A stretch of DNA of 64,000 bases. Source: Azolla caroliniana. Lineage: Eukaryota; Plantae; Polypodiophyta. The notes beneath the pieces were generated by a model. That model did not search any database and had not been told where the DNA came from. It was given only the letters and a program-made list of their open reading frames with translations. Below are positions 25,830 to 39,598 of the stretch, in pieces. Numbering within the stretch: position 1 is the stretch's first letter; each line of letters opens with the position of its first letter. The stretch is taken from NCBI GenBank assembly GCA_043228905.1, contig JBHGNT010000003.1:7936001-8000000 (forward strand), written 5' to 3'. The translations under genes and the position numbers were made by a program.

Positions 25830-27130
25830 TATGTCCTCAATGGACTATACCATCAAGATGTGCGACTCACTCTGTTCCATCAATGTCATAGTCAAGGACA
25901 AGATGATGCATGGTGCATATCTACCTTGCAAATAAGCATAGTGCATTTCAAACCACGATAACAATAAGTACATGACTCCACACACATGATTAAGTACATG
26001 ATAGGTAGTCACAACTACAAGGGCTACATCAAGGACATATTGCATGTCTCGACAATCACAAAGAATTTGGTCTCAATTGGCCAAATTGTTGTGCAAGGAA
26101 TGCAAGTACAATTCAACTAGGCAGGTTGCTTAATCTAAGATAAGAGCCATCTTATTGCTTATGTACGAAGAGAAGGTCACATGTTTATCCTCAACATGAC
26201 CAATGTGAACACAACAATGTATGAAAAGGGACTCAAGGTCGAGCCTAATATCAAGTTGTGGCACAAGAGGGTTGAACATGTAAGCCTCAGTAAACTCCGA
26301 TCGATGCAAATGAAAGGAGTTGTGCATGGCTTGCCACAATTTACATAAAAAAATTCCCATAATGTATATGAGGCGTGCTAGGTAGGCAAGAAACATAGGC
26401 ATCCATTCCGGAGCGAGACGAATGTGAGCAAAGGCTTGATGGACATCATCCACTCAGAAGACATATGGGGCTTGGTTCAGAACAAGAAAATAGGCGGGTA
26501 TACATACTTCATTACCTTCATCGATGATTATTTATGGCATACTTGGATATGCTCAATGAAGTCAAGAAATTAGGTATTCTCTCGCTTTCTCAAGTTAAAG
26601 GGTCATGTAGAAAACTAGATGAATTGCAAGATTTGATGCTTACAATTCCATGATGCTCAAGATTACTTCTTAGTCAAGTTCATAACCTTATCTAGAAGAG
26701 AATGGGATTTACCATGATTTCTCTTGCTGGTACACACCACAACAAAATGGTTTTGTTGAGCAAAAAATTTGCACAATTTGCACAATGTAGGAGAAGAACA
26801 TGCCAAAGATCTACTAGGCATAGGCAGTAGTCACATTCACATATCTCATCAAGGGGTGCATGACCAAGGGTGTCCATGACGTGACCCCTCTCAAGAAATA
26901 TTTCGGGAGAAAGCCAAACCTTTTGCACTTGAAGGTTTTTGGCAACATTACATACATGCACATACCCGATGTCAAGCGGAGAAAGCTTGATCCAAAATCG
27001 TAGAAGATTATCCTCGTCAGTTACTCATTCTAGCAAAAAGGGTTATACATGTTTCAACCCTACCAGTCAATAGTCGCAAATAAGCCAAGACGTGGTATTT
27101 GATGAAGCTGCATCATGGTATGGTCTAGAA
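25830..27130 (+). mobile_element. Degenerate Ty1/Copia protease-integrase remnant
   Basis: TKNLVSIGQ, KLWHKR, YFITFIDDY, HLKVFG and KRRKLDPKS motifs, with stops and frameshifts. Confidence 0.8.
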
Positions 27131-27937
27131 TCTTGTTCAAGTCCTCGATGGTCCCACTCACGTTTCACACGCACACATGTATCTTCACAACAACATTTAC
27201 ATCAATCACTATCATCATCATGAAGAACTTAGGCATCTGCATCAATTAAGGGTTTTGTCAAGTCACTCATACTTTCAATCTAGCCATCAAGGGTTTGAAG
27301 ATTACATCAATGTATGCCATAGACTATATTAAGTTTTCCATAATAAAATATTTGGTTCTCTGCCCATAGTTTGTATTAAGTTCTTCTTGAGTCCATGGTT
27401 CATATCCACAATAGTTTCAATAAAATATTTGGTTCCCAACCCAAGTCAAATTTAAGGCCAGGTTTCTTCAATAATTTCCCCATGTCAAACATAGTACCAT
27501 TGATTTGACTCACAAAGATTAAAAGAAGGTTCCTTAAATGCAAATGAACCAACATCTCTTGCATGATATGTTGGAAAAATATATCTCTTGGTCAAAATGT
27601 TTATTTTTGGTGCATAGTGTCTACTTTGAACAACTTTAGCTTGACATGCTACTACAACACACCATTGAACTATCAGTTGAAAACCAGAATGGACTAATAG
27701 ACTAAATAAATTCGTTAACATCCAGCAAGATATACTATAATACCTTACTAACAAGAAAGTGACAGGAAAATAAGAGTGAAAGTCATACTTATATCTGCAG
27801 ACAATCTTTCAAAAATGTATAAAGAATCAATATATTCAATTAATAATATATATTCCATTCCTTAAGGTTCGCCGACAAATCATTTTGCAAGATTTACTTC
27901 TCTCCACAGTACATAATTTACATAAAGAATTACATGA

Positions 27938-30900
27938 CTATATCAAATTTGACAATACAGATGTTACACGAACTGAATGGTCTGCTGATCCAGTGATGAA
28001 CTTGTTTTGACTCGGATGCCAGTCTACAGATGTGATTGCAGCATTATGCTTAAGTGTCCGCTGGTTCCTCCGCTGTGTACGCAACTACATTGAATGAAGA
28101 AAGAAAAAATGCAAGGTAAGGCAACTGATATTAATTGGATGTAACACTTATCATACATACTCTGTTTTATTTAATGGATTACCATAGCACACTAATTTAC
28201 CAAGTTAACTAATACCAAGATGTATCTCCTGGAACAATGATGGCACAACTGGCTGTCTGCTTTGCTTTTCTTTCATTTTGGTTATCGACATAAAAAAACT
28301 AGCCTTACCGTGCCTAAGTATGAAGGACAGCATTTCAATTTTTATATATTTCACTAGATGGGACTAGATTTCTGTGAAATCTAAATACATATTGAATTGT
28401 TCATATTTCAAAATACAAGAAGTATTTCAAATGGTTGAGAGAATTGATTTTTGTGCAAGTTATGTGATATGGTCATCTACAGATTTGTTTCTTGGATGCT
28501 TAGTATGTTCATTGCATAAGCCTATCACCCAGTTCAATACATTTGTTTGGCCAGTTATTACAGAATTCCTGTTGGTTTTTGTCTAATGGGCGATTCAGCC
28601 TGTTCCAACTTCACGCTTGCAGTTGGCAACCTCCTTTGATGAATATAATGAACAAAGAAAATGCCCACCTCTGTAAGTGCATATCATAACTAGACGTAGA
28701 AAAGAATTTCATGATTCTTACATCATACAAAGGAGCATATGACAAGTTAGATGTCAAAAGCAGCATCTTCCGTCGTGTATCTAGTGCAATTTCATGCCTT
28801 GGCACATCAGCATCATCCATTTTACAAAATCTGCAACAAGAAGTTCATACTACATAAAACTGTAACTTTTAGCCTCTTGAACGGAAGATAAAACAGTTCC
28901 AAACCTGCTTGCATCTTTTTCTTGCAGAACCTGACCTTGATTATGCAAGCTCCATTCAAAAACCTGTTGAATTGTCATGTAAAAGGACTTCTGTAACATA
29001 TCTTTGTTTTAATGATGTATTAAACCACCAATCATGTATATATATGCCACCTTCCCATCAGATCCAAGGCTGAAGATACTCGCTTGATCTGGTCCAAATT
29101 TGACACAGCTAACTGATGAGTCATGGGCCGGCCAGCCTGTGATAGGCAATCTAGCATGCGTGTCTATGGAAGTTCAGGGAAGCATCAAGCCAGATATTGC
29201 ATGAGCAAAAGCATATACTTCACAAACAGATTGATGTTTCTCTCAACTTAGGATACCAAATAAATGAATCATCCCATCTGTTGCACCAGCTGCCAAAATC
29301 TTGCTGTTGTGATTGAAGCATACTGAAGTAATTGCAGGTGGATCTTCTCCCAAAGGTAGGCATGACTATGATATGAAGGAAATTTCAAACTTGTCTCATG
29401 CTCACGGATCATATCATAATATAAGACAACAAGAAATGTTACTCTTCCTAACATACCAGAGGTTTCCATGTTTTCATGTTCCAAAGGGTTAAAGATGCAT
29501 AACCCTTTGCTTCAAGACCATTCTCTCCATATCCGATAGAAGATGCCACAGAGACAAAAATTGGCTCCACAGGACTGCATTTCAAGTCCAAAATCCTGTT
29601 TCACATACATAAATGCTTATATATTATTTGACGTATTATCCCCTCAATGCAATGTTTTCATGCACACAGAATTAGAATAATATTAGGAATAATTGAAAGT
29701 TAGAGATAGGCTCATGGGATGTGGATAGCTTGGTCAGAGCACAATGAGTCTGTCCTTGGATATGAACATGTACACTTGATAGCTCCAGCAAGCTATCATA
29801 TCAAGGATGGGGGAGGCAATTACCTGTACATTCATTCCAAAAGTCAATTGTGTTCAGACCATAGTTATCTACGCTATATTCCTAATAGGCCTGTCTTTGG
29901 CATTCATGAAATCCTAGTACTAATATAGTTATGTGTGCACATAACTATAAAACATGGCATGGCAACAGCAGTAAACCTGGGATATTCAATATCAGTAATT
30001 AGATCACAAACAACTCGTTTGGCATCAACATTCCATGCCTTGATACCTCGTTCAGCTGTGCCTATAAGCAGCTAGATTACAACATCCTGTGAGAACTCAA
30101 AATAGAAATTCTAAACCTCAATGTAAGAGAGGAGAACATGTCACACAATTATACCAGGCGGTCTGATTTGTAGTCCCATTCTAGAGACAGAACCTCTGCA
30201 CCACAATAAATTGTAGCATTCCTTGAGGTTGAGGATTCAGGATCAGAGTTCCAAACCCTACGAAAACAGATAAAACTGGACAATAAAGCAAAACAAAAAT
30301 ACACAATGCATCAAAAATGATATCTTTGGATTGAAAATCATTTACCTAACAGTTCCATCAGCTGAAGCACTCGCAATATTACCACCTTCCGCAGAAAATC
30401 GACACCTTGTAATTGGGCTTGTATGACCAGAGAAGGTTTCCTATTTGCAAAATTGCTGTGAGGTACATGCCAAAATGCTGGTAAAAGTATAATGGTAAAG
30501 AAACTACCAGTCCTCACCTGGTATTCAATCGATACTTCTGGAATGTCATCTTCTAAATCATCTGCAGTATCAAAGCATAGATATTATCAGTGCAGGTGAT
30601 CCTGAAATTTGTAAAAACAAATTCTGATCACCTTCCTACCTCTTCCCGTTGATATTATACTAGGAACCAAGCTTGAATATAGCGTTCCAATTCTTGGAGT
30701 ATCTGAGCCGTTTGATTTTGAAGTACTATCTGAAATTTTCGACATCTTACTTATATTGAGTGCTGAACCATCAAACGAGCCTTTGACTTTCTCAAGTTCA
30801 CTGCTCAATAAAGCTAAGGATTTCCCATTATCTTGTTTTGACTCCAAATGTTGAGAGCAAATTACTAATAACCTATTGTACAAATCAAACAGACGATGCC

Positions 30901-33900
30901 TTAGTTAACTATAAAAAGGGAGAAAACCACAGGAAAGTGTAAACATGAAGGAAATCATACAGCCACTCGAAATGAAAACCATTTTTCAGAGAAGTTCAAT
31001 CATCAAAGACAAACAAACAAAAAACATAATGGGTTGAATGCAATCCACATAGTTTCCTCAAAAATCCATAGATGATCTGATCTGACCTTTCAAGTTCAGA
31101 GATCTCTTGCTCTTTTGCCCTCAGCATGGTGCGCAGGTGGTCACAATCATTGGTAAGCTCCTCAATTTTATGACTCAGCACTTTCCCATTCAGCAATTCT
31201 GAACTAACTTTTGCGAGAGCTGGTATTCGTGATTTAGCCATATAATTAAGGTTTTCTTCAACTCTTATATAAAGAAAATTCAAAACCAAAAGTGAGAAGA
31301 AAGAAAATTGGTCGAAGGATATGAATGCCGCCAAGAACTTCATTGAGAAAATTCCCAAATGAAACAACAAAGGTGTCCAACCACTCCTTGGAGAAATATA
31401 CCCGAAGTCGTGGATCAGACTGTGGTGTTTTAATATATGGTAGAGCTGTCCAACAAGAATACATCGATTAGAAATGCATAAGGGACAATAGTTATTTTTT
31501 ACTATATTGACATAGAAACTCTGTTAATTTTTCTGATATGACATAAAACAATCCATATCCTATGAGCATTAAAAATAAAAGTCCACACGTTTAGCTTGAT
31601 TACATCCATTCTCAGTTCAATCCTGTTTTAAAATAACCTCACTTTGGAACTCTTTGCGTTTAACCCAGAAATGCACATTTACCCTGGAATACGAGGATTT
31701 CTTTGCATGAAGGACTTCAAATGGAGCCAGCCTAAGATATTTAATGAAATGTCACTCCAATGAAGAGAGATAAGCCATGAAAGCAAGAAGAAATCACAAG
31801 CATATGAAGTAGTTGAAAGAAGTGTGGTATGGAGCTAATAGATGTCTTCAATATTAACAACTTCTATCACACATGGTACTCAAAGGCAATTGCACATCAT
31901 TGACCTCTTCCACGGATCCACGCCTCCAATGACGTGTTAAGGATTCACCATTGACCAAGCTGAGGAAAGCACGCAACAATGGAGATTGTAAGCGCCAGAA
32001 TATATGGGACATGACCCATAACAACACTTAATCATGGAGACAATTCCCCGCCATACTTGATCTGCCTAAGGACACCCAAATGGAATTGAGTCGTCATAGC
32101 CCACTCCATTGCATCAATCAACATCAAATATCATGCACCTCCCTCAACATTACTCATCCCACATAGTAGTTATGCATTTTATGATCGCAAATCATCAAAA
32201 GAATCATTATCAATTGTAAAGTCACCTCATGCATTAAGATCATTATCATGAATCTTTAGGAAGCCTCAAGTTTTATTTTATGTTCCAGAATAGTTAACTT
32301 GGATTCACCTAAGACATAGTCATGGTTTGACTTGTAAAAACCTTTTGACCTCTAGTAACCATGAATATCTCTCTTTCTTCTTATCCAATGATCTTGGGCA
32401 ACCATGACACCATTATCTTCCACACACCCACACCAATACATCTTACAAGATGGTTTCACTCTAACAAGAGGCCAGGTTAGAGTAGTGGATTCTAGGAATT
32501 GTTGGGGATAAAGGCCCCAAGGACTCTCCTTTTTTTTTGTATATTTTGACCCTTCCATGTGAAAGCTCCCTTTGAGAGCTTTCTAGACACATCTTTACTA
32601 TATTTTTGCCCCCAATTTGGGGGGGTTATAGGCATTTGTTATCTTTATCATCATCTCTCTTTCAAGGAATCACATTTATAAGCACCATGAGGTGCCTTTT
32701 ATATGGCCCAAGAAAGTAAGGTTGTGATCTTCTTGAGATTCACACCGACGTGCTGAAAAAACAAGTTGCCAGTTCGAAGTAGTGGATACTATTGTTTATC
32801 TAGGAGTCTCAATTATAAGCAAACCCCCACTTAAGGTATAACTTATTGTTACAAGTCGATTATAGAAGCTTCAGACAATGAATGTCATCCATCGGATCAG
32901 ACACATTCCACTTCTAAGAATCACATATTTTGACATTTGAAGCATCAAAGAACATTCAAGATGGATGACATTCATTGTCGAGCGAGGAATATCAAGATAC
33001 TCATGAGTGATGTCATTTGAGAAGAATGGCCTTGACATCAAACACTTGACCCCCTTCCAATGTTCCACATCCCTCCAAGATGACCACATGATCTCCAAGT
33101 ACAAACCTCAAAATAGATTTTGCAACACAAGGAGATCTACACAACTTCTGCTATAACACCACCAAAATCACAATACTTTTTGATCTTGCTGGAAGGAATG
33201 GAGTGTCAATTTAGCGATGCAAGAGTTTCATGAACATCAGCTAATCTTGACTCTTGTTAAACGTTTCCTAGTTGACTTGAATGCTTAACAAGACATCCAT
33301 GAGCAATATGAACAAGACTCCCATAGTAGAACCAAAGATTAGCCTCTCTCCTGCATTGCTTCTCAGCAACAAACAAAGGTCCTTGAACAATATTATCAAT
33401 TTGCATCAGCATTGGAACAACTGATTAAGGGGCACCTGATGGTGCAAAAACTGATGACATATTTCCTGCTCCAGAATGGTGATAACAAGGATGTCCAACT
33501 CTAATGTTCCCACTGTAGTTTAGCAGTCACTTCTTGAGAAGGTTGCAGTAATCATAACAGCTACTTGTCTTCCGACTGTTGAGCAAAAGCAACCACATGC
33601 CACAATAAAGGCAAAGATTGTTGGTGCATTCACATTGCTTTAAATCTATCTGATCGTCATGAGCTGGAGTAGAATCCACAGGCAGAAGAGGGGACAAGGT
33701 TGGCAACTATGGCTGTGCGGAGCATCTCTCTTGGTGAAATTCAAACAGGCCATTCTGACAATGAACAACCTGAGAGATGCAACCACTCAAAGAGGTTGAC
33801 CAACAAGGCAAACCAAGCTTGTGTCAATCCCATAAAAAGGGTGCCAATGAGAACCACCTGCCTGAACTCATCCAGGTAACGCCCAGGTTAGAGTTTGACA

Positions 33901-35921
33901 ATGAGCCATACTTGGTTAATGAATCTGCAAAATTTCAAGTGTCGCCATTGAATTTCTCTAGCAAGCTTTGGTTCCAACGAGTGTAGGTCATCGGAACTGA
34001 CATGTGGCACCATAGGTGCAGCAGACTAGAGCTAATGTAGAGAATCCGGGAAAAACGTATTTTTATACTGCAAATATTGCAGAATGGTTATTATCTGTTT
34101 AAGTTCGGTCGTGGGAGTAATTGGGTCAAACATGGTTGTCCTTGGGAGTGAAGTAGATTAAACTGTCACAGATATTGGAACAACGAGAAGATATGAGTGT
34201 ATGTGTTTGTGAGGTCAAAGTGATGAGCAGGGGAACAAGTGAATGGATTTAGCCAAGGGAACCAAGGACAAGGAAACAGACAAGTAAAGACAAATGAGTT
34301 ATGAGCTGAGAGGAGTACAGTGGAGATAAGAGAACAAGATGAAGACATATTATTTAGCAAAACAAATAATAAGAATATGAATTAACGTCCAAAACTAGTA
34401 TTGATCTACCTGATATCAAGTGGGGGGGAGCTCTTTTTATGCCTAACATAGGTGTGAGCGTGAACTATGCCTTTTACCTAAAAATAAAGATAATTTTCTT
34501 CTCATTAAAAGAAAGATATGGTTTCATTCCTAAAAGTTAAAATATGTTTTTTCCCTAAAAGCAAAGATATGTTTTTCCCCTAAATGCAGAGAACCTCAAA
34601 ATAGACAGTGCCATTCAAGCACGTGATCTGCACCCGCTTACAACCACACCACTGGATAAATTGCTTGGTGGTTGTGACAATCCATGCATGTCTGTTACAC
34701 CAATGGACTGCAGCAGAATCAGCTGTACCAGCTATTAATTGTCCAGCCGGTTCAAATTTGGTGGAAAACAGAGCAAACATCAAAGTTATTACAATTGTGG
34801 GCAAATTTTGTAACTGTTTATGACGCCATTAAACAGCCTTATGATCAGAAAAACATTTACGTCCAACAACAGGGCATGGACACCCATTGAGCAAGAAAAG
34901 GAATGTTCGCTACATATCATGGGGATCATAGGTTAACATGTATGGGCCACATGACAATATCTGAATGCATTTCTTCTATGTTGATATTTAACTCTCTCAC
35001 TCCTCCGTATCGATCACCACCAGAAATTGTGTCTGGTGGTGATAATAGATAGCAGTTATGTATCTTAAAGTTTCAAGATCATTATCAATCATAAAGCCAT
35101 GCCATTCATTACACTTCACATTCATGCTACTACGTTTGAGATTTAAACAACATACCAAATCAAATATTTGAGTTCACACTCACATTATTAGAATTGAGGA
35201 TTAGGCAACATACCAAAACAAAATTTAAATTTCATTTCAATATTTCAAACTCATATCACTATAGTTGACAATAGTCAACAAGCTAAACATTCCCTTTCAT
35301 TTCATTTCACATTCATAATAGTTCCATTGAGAATCAGAAAACCTACCAAACCAAATTGCGTTCAAATTTCACGTTCATATTAGTGCAATTGAAAATACAG
35401 ACAACATATCAAGCAAAACATTTTTCCCTCTATTGCATTTCACATCACAATGACATCACGTACAATTGAAGATTAGACAACATACCAAACCAAGAATCCC
35501 AATCTTCTTCGCCACTCTGAAGCAGCCCTGATCCATAGCGCTGGAAGAAATCAAGAATACGGTCGAGCCTTCCCTTCTGGAAAGCATAAACAAGATAATA
35601 CCTCTTGAGGGAGATCTCAAACTTGGCTAGCGAGTAACCATGGCGAGCATCTTGAGCCGAAAAGAAAGTCCTTTTGAGGAAGTCTATCAAGGAAAGGAGC
35701 TTCTCAATCTCGAACTGCGGAATGTAGGCAGAGAAGAAGAGATCGAGAATCTTTTCCACGGAGAACGCGCGGGAATAGTCAGCCGAAAGGTCGGAGTCGA
35801 AGCTTCGGAGGGTGGACGTGAAGCCGCGGAAGAGGAGGAACTCGCGGACGAGCTCTTCCGCATACCTCATGAGATCCTCTGTCTTCTTCTTCTCTGCTGC
35901 TGCTGCGGGAGGAGTTGCCAT
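27938..35921 (-). CDS. WDR91: WD repeat-containing protein 91 homolog, ~648 aa
   Basis: 14 exons: 35921-35486, 31445-31323, 31228-31087, 30872-30640, 30561-30518, 30440-30346, 30257-30155, 30071-29977, 29595-29457, 29365-29257, 29163-29051, 28963-28905, 28830-28722, 28084-27938. N-terminal ELVREFLLFRGFTSTL...WFALPY, a coiled coil, then WD40 repeats (GHTSPITRCRFS...SADGTVRVW; DWHP...TGSADHSVRV). Confidence 0.92.
29164..29256 (-). other. Probable U12-type GT-AG intron (WDR91 intron 10)
   Basis: 5' splice site GTATCCTA, branch-like TTCCCTGAAC 8 nt before the end of the intron. Confidence 0.65.
31229..31322 (-). other. U12-type AT-AC intron (WDR91 intron 2)
   Basis: 5' splice site ATATCCTT, branch-like CCTTAAT ~16 nt before the terminal AC. 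Removal restores the frame (GGI-R-IPAL). Confidence 0.92.
31700..33150 (-). mobile_element. Degenerate LINE remnant in WDR91 intron 1, with an LTR-like insert at ~32500-32795
   Basis: RT-like decayed motifs (SLVNGE, GRS...GNCL). tgttggggataaaggccccaagg at 32500 matches the LTR-like start at 5098. Confidence 0.45.
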
Positions 35922-35970
35922 GGCTTCTTAGGTTTGCTTGCATCTCTCACAGGGCTTTCCACTGTTGCAA

Positions 35971-36023
<53 letters not shown>

Positions 36024-36057
36024 AGGAGAGAGGCAGAGGCAGAGGCAGAGCAACAAA

Positions 36058-36335
36058 TAGTACGTAGTATATACTGGAATGCATTCTCCAAACATTCTTT
36101 TTCATACGAATGAATGGTGCGTATGTTATCGAAAACATTCGTTATCCTTTTTGTTTTCACACTTTTTTACCTTTAACTTTCTTTACCTTTAAAGAAACAT
36201 TTACCTTACTTATATAATAAATAATGAAATACAAAAGTTATGGTATTTACCATACTTCGAGTGTGTTTGCCATACTTGAATGATGGAAAATTTTCACGAA
36301 TGTGAATGCACATATGGTACGTATGGTTCATACTA
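36058..36335 (-). mobile_element. Short MITE-like element upstream of WDR91
   Basis: Homologous to 10010-10220. Termini TAGTACG...CATACTA form a short imperfect inverted repeat. Confidence 0.65.
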
Positions 36336-36376
36336 TGAATGAGAGAGAGGAGAGACAAAGAGACAAAGAGAGATGA

Positions 36377-36410
<34 letters not shown>

Positions 36411-36623
36411 GAAAAATGCGATGACGTTTCAAGAATAGTGTTGAAACATGTTTCTGATGTAACTTTGTCCTTAGAACTCCGTTTTTTATGATTTTTGGCT
36501 CGTTGCGAAGCTTAGTCAGAGGGCTTTCCAAGGATTATTTGGACGTTACATTTCGTTATCGTTACAAGAAGCTACAAGCAAAAGTGTCATCGTCTCAAGT
36601 TAGTTCTCTCAATCTCTATTAGG

Positions 36624-38050
36624 ATGGCTGACACAACAACAAGAAGTGAGTTGATGATTGTTGATGGATGTGGTAGTGATGATGGTTATGAAAATTACAA
36701 GAGGCAAAAGTGTATTGATTCTACAAAACATGAGAAAACATCATATGTTGCTATTCTTGGTGGGAAAGATGTTATTGGAGATGATTATGATATTGACAGT
36801 CGTTGTGATTTTGTTAAGGCTTTGCTTTCCGATTTTATGGAAAAAAATGAGAAAGATGCTAAAGATTGTGTGGAGGAGGATGTTGTCGAGGTGGTGATGG
36901 AGACCAACTCTATGTTAGCAACTTTTGATAGGTTCTATGATCGTGGTGTTATTTTGTATTTCACTAGCAAACTTCCTTTGGTATTATGGATTAAGCAGTG
37001 GTTGAATTCATTCATAATGCCTAATTGTGTTGAGGATATGTGGGTCCAAGAGGTTTCTATGATGTAGTTTTTCGATCGTCAGAAAACCGTACGGCTTTGA
37101 TGGCAAAGGTACCAATCTTTTTTGATAGAAGATTAGTGCATGTGATGGAATGGGTTCTAGTGGTGGATTATAAAGATTTATTAAAACAACAATGTCCAAT
37201 CTGGGTGACCGTTGATTGTAGTAACTCATTCTTTTGGAATTTACTACCAAGATTGATGTCCCAAATTGGTAAAGTTTTGGTTGCTACTCATGTTAATTCG
37301 TTGAACAAATATAGATTTTGCATGTTATGGGATACAAGTTGTAAACTTCCAGGATGGTTGAGTATTGATACATCTCGATTTGGTCGATTTCGTTTTAAGC
37401 TTCAATGGGAAACTTTTGCAGGACATTGTTTTAAATGTGGTAAATTGGGGCATTTTATGGCTGAATGCCAATATCATGGTGAACTATCCCCAAAAAATAA
37501 TGTCAAAGGGAAAAATAAGGAAGATGTTGAGAAGGATATTGTCTCAATGGTTGATATGGTCATGGATGAGGGAACATCTCATGGGTTAGAGCGAGATCCT
37601 AAAGTTCATGGTCATGTTAGAGGTGTTGGGGAGGAGAATGAAGTATGTAATAATGGTGGCCCAAATGTTGAAGATGGAGAGTGGCATCAAGTGAAGCATA
37701 AGATAAAAGGGAAGGGTGTTGCCATACAAAGGGAATCAAAAAATACTTATGGTACGACATTACCAAAAGATAATTTGAGATTGAAGGAGGGGTTTAAGAA
37801 AAATCCTTGGCAAAAACAAGTGCGAAATCAGAGATCGTCCAACCAATTACAATTCGATTCTTCAGGAAGGGTGGTACGACCTCAATTAAATCAAGGACTT
37901 CGTTCTCGTGGAGCTAGACAACAAAACCCTAATATTGGTGGAGGGGATGTAGTACACACAAATCCTTATACAGCTCTTGAACAAGTAGTTAGTACATTCA
38001 TGAATACAATTGCTCATAAAGAGCAAGTTCTTACCAAAGGTGTTAAATGA
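36624..38050 (+). pseudogene. LINE ORF1 (DUF4283-like RNA-binding region plus CCHC zinc knuckle), one frameshift at ~37040
   Basis: The 147-aa and 336-aa ORFs overlap out of frame. CPIWV...IGKVL and CFKCGKLGHFMAEC motifs. Confidence 0.85.
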
Positions 38051-38492
38051 AAGTCGTATCATGGAATGTGAGAGGGGCATCTTCTCCTCATAAGAAATAT
38101 ATATTATGGAAAACTTTATTTGATAAAGATTGGGATGTTTTATGTGCAGTTGAACATAAGTGTCATGATCTAGCAGCATCTGTGTTACATTTGCGTGGAT
38201 ATTCCGCATATTATGCAGGACAGTTATCACATCATTACTCAGGGGTTGTCATGATTATTCGTGATTTGTTTTGTCCACATATAGTCTATAATGATCCATA
38301 TGGACGTTTTTTGGTGATCGAAGTCAAGTATTTTGAGGATTTGATATGGTTGGTAGGAATGTATGCACCTAATAATGCTAATCAACGCATTGAGTTATGG
38401 TCTTCAATGTATCCACGATTATTAGTGGGACGTGTTGGTTTGTTAATGGGTGATTTTAATATGTGTGTTGATGCTTCACAATCTACTTCACG
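38047..38492 (+). pseudogene. LINE ORF2 N-terminus (APE-type endonuclease), cut by the Gypsy insertion
   Basis: MKVVSWNVRG...YAPN...LMGDFN; start overlaps the ORF1 stop (ATGA). Confidence 0.92.
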
Positions 38493-38948
38493 TATTAGAG
38501 ACATGTACTAAAGTAAGCATTAGATAAGGATAGATCTAGGTAGATAGAAAGAAAGGAGAGAGAGAAAGAAGGGTACCGATCCACCCGACCACCCCCGAGC
38601 GAAGGGATCGAGACGGACTCGAGCCTCAATTGGCGTCCCATACCACCGCTGTGGCGTTGAGTTGTACCTGGTGCTGGCGCGCTCGCTACAAGAGTTGACC
38701 CACCACAAGACAGAGTCTCGACGTAGTCAACAAGATGATGAAATGAGGGTAGCTAGGCCTCTATTTATAGCGATACCCAAGGCCCCCATCCATGTTCACA
38801 CTTGGCCTAATGGGTTGTCTCAATCCCGAGGATTTAAAAGTAATCCTCCCCTTCTTTACACTCTCGTTTAACCCTCACACTTATCCACGTGTATAGAATA
38901 CTACGGTAAATTCTCACCACGGGATATTATATGGTCATGCTCGTAACA
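38493..38948 (-). repeat. Gypsy 3' LTR
   Basis: Direct repeat of 55899-56354, preceded by the PPT on the minus strand. Confidence 0.95.
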
Positions 38949-38949
38949 T

Positions 38950-39598
38950 ACTTCCCCTCTTTAAAACATTGCACTCTTGCAATGGAAAGTTAGAGAAGTT
39001 AGTTCTGAGAGTATTTTCATGTTCCCATGTGGCATCTTTTATTGATTTATCCATCTATTTTATTTTAAATTCTCGGAATTCTTTAGTACGTAATTTTTTT
39101 GTTTTAACATCGAGAATTCTTTCTGGTACATGTGGTTTAGAAGATACATCTTCAGAAGTAACCAGAGTTTCAGTTGTAACTGTATTGTCGCCAGAACCTA
39201 GAAGTTCTTTTAGACGACTCACATGAAAGACTGGATGAATTCCAACACCATCGGGAAGAGCGAGACGATATGCTGATGACCTAATGCGTTTGAGGACTGT
39301 AAAAGATCCACAAAACCGTGGGGCTAACTTAGCGCACTTACCCATAGAAAATGTCTTAGAATTGTGAGGTACACGTAAAAATACCTTCTGTCCAGGGTTG
39401 AATACACGAGGTTGCCTATGATGATCGGCATAAAAACGTGCTCTATCTTGAGCTGTTTTTATATTATCTCGTGCAATATGCAACATATCTTGCATATCCC
39501 GAAGAAAGTTTTGTGTACTTCTCAATTCATCATGATGTATATTAACATCAATCGGGGCTCGTGGCTGAAAACCATACATCAACATAAAAGGACTATAT
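38950..39598 (-). pseudogene. Gypsy integrase C-terminus and chromodomain
   Basis: SPFMLMYG...KLAPRFCGSF...HPVFHVSRLK...PERILD...ATWE. Confidence 0.88.

Noticed and set aside
34580-34804. Extra WD40-like exon in WDR91 intron 1 (KFEPAGQLIAGTAD)
   Set aside because: Exon 1 joins exon 2 in frame, giving the expected WFALPY, and the resemblance is too short to support.
35640-36160. ORFs containing ERERE/LSLSL runs (also near 9704, 19176, 23749 and 60724)
   Set aside because: Translations of (GA)n or trinucleotide microsatellites, or antisense to real exons.
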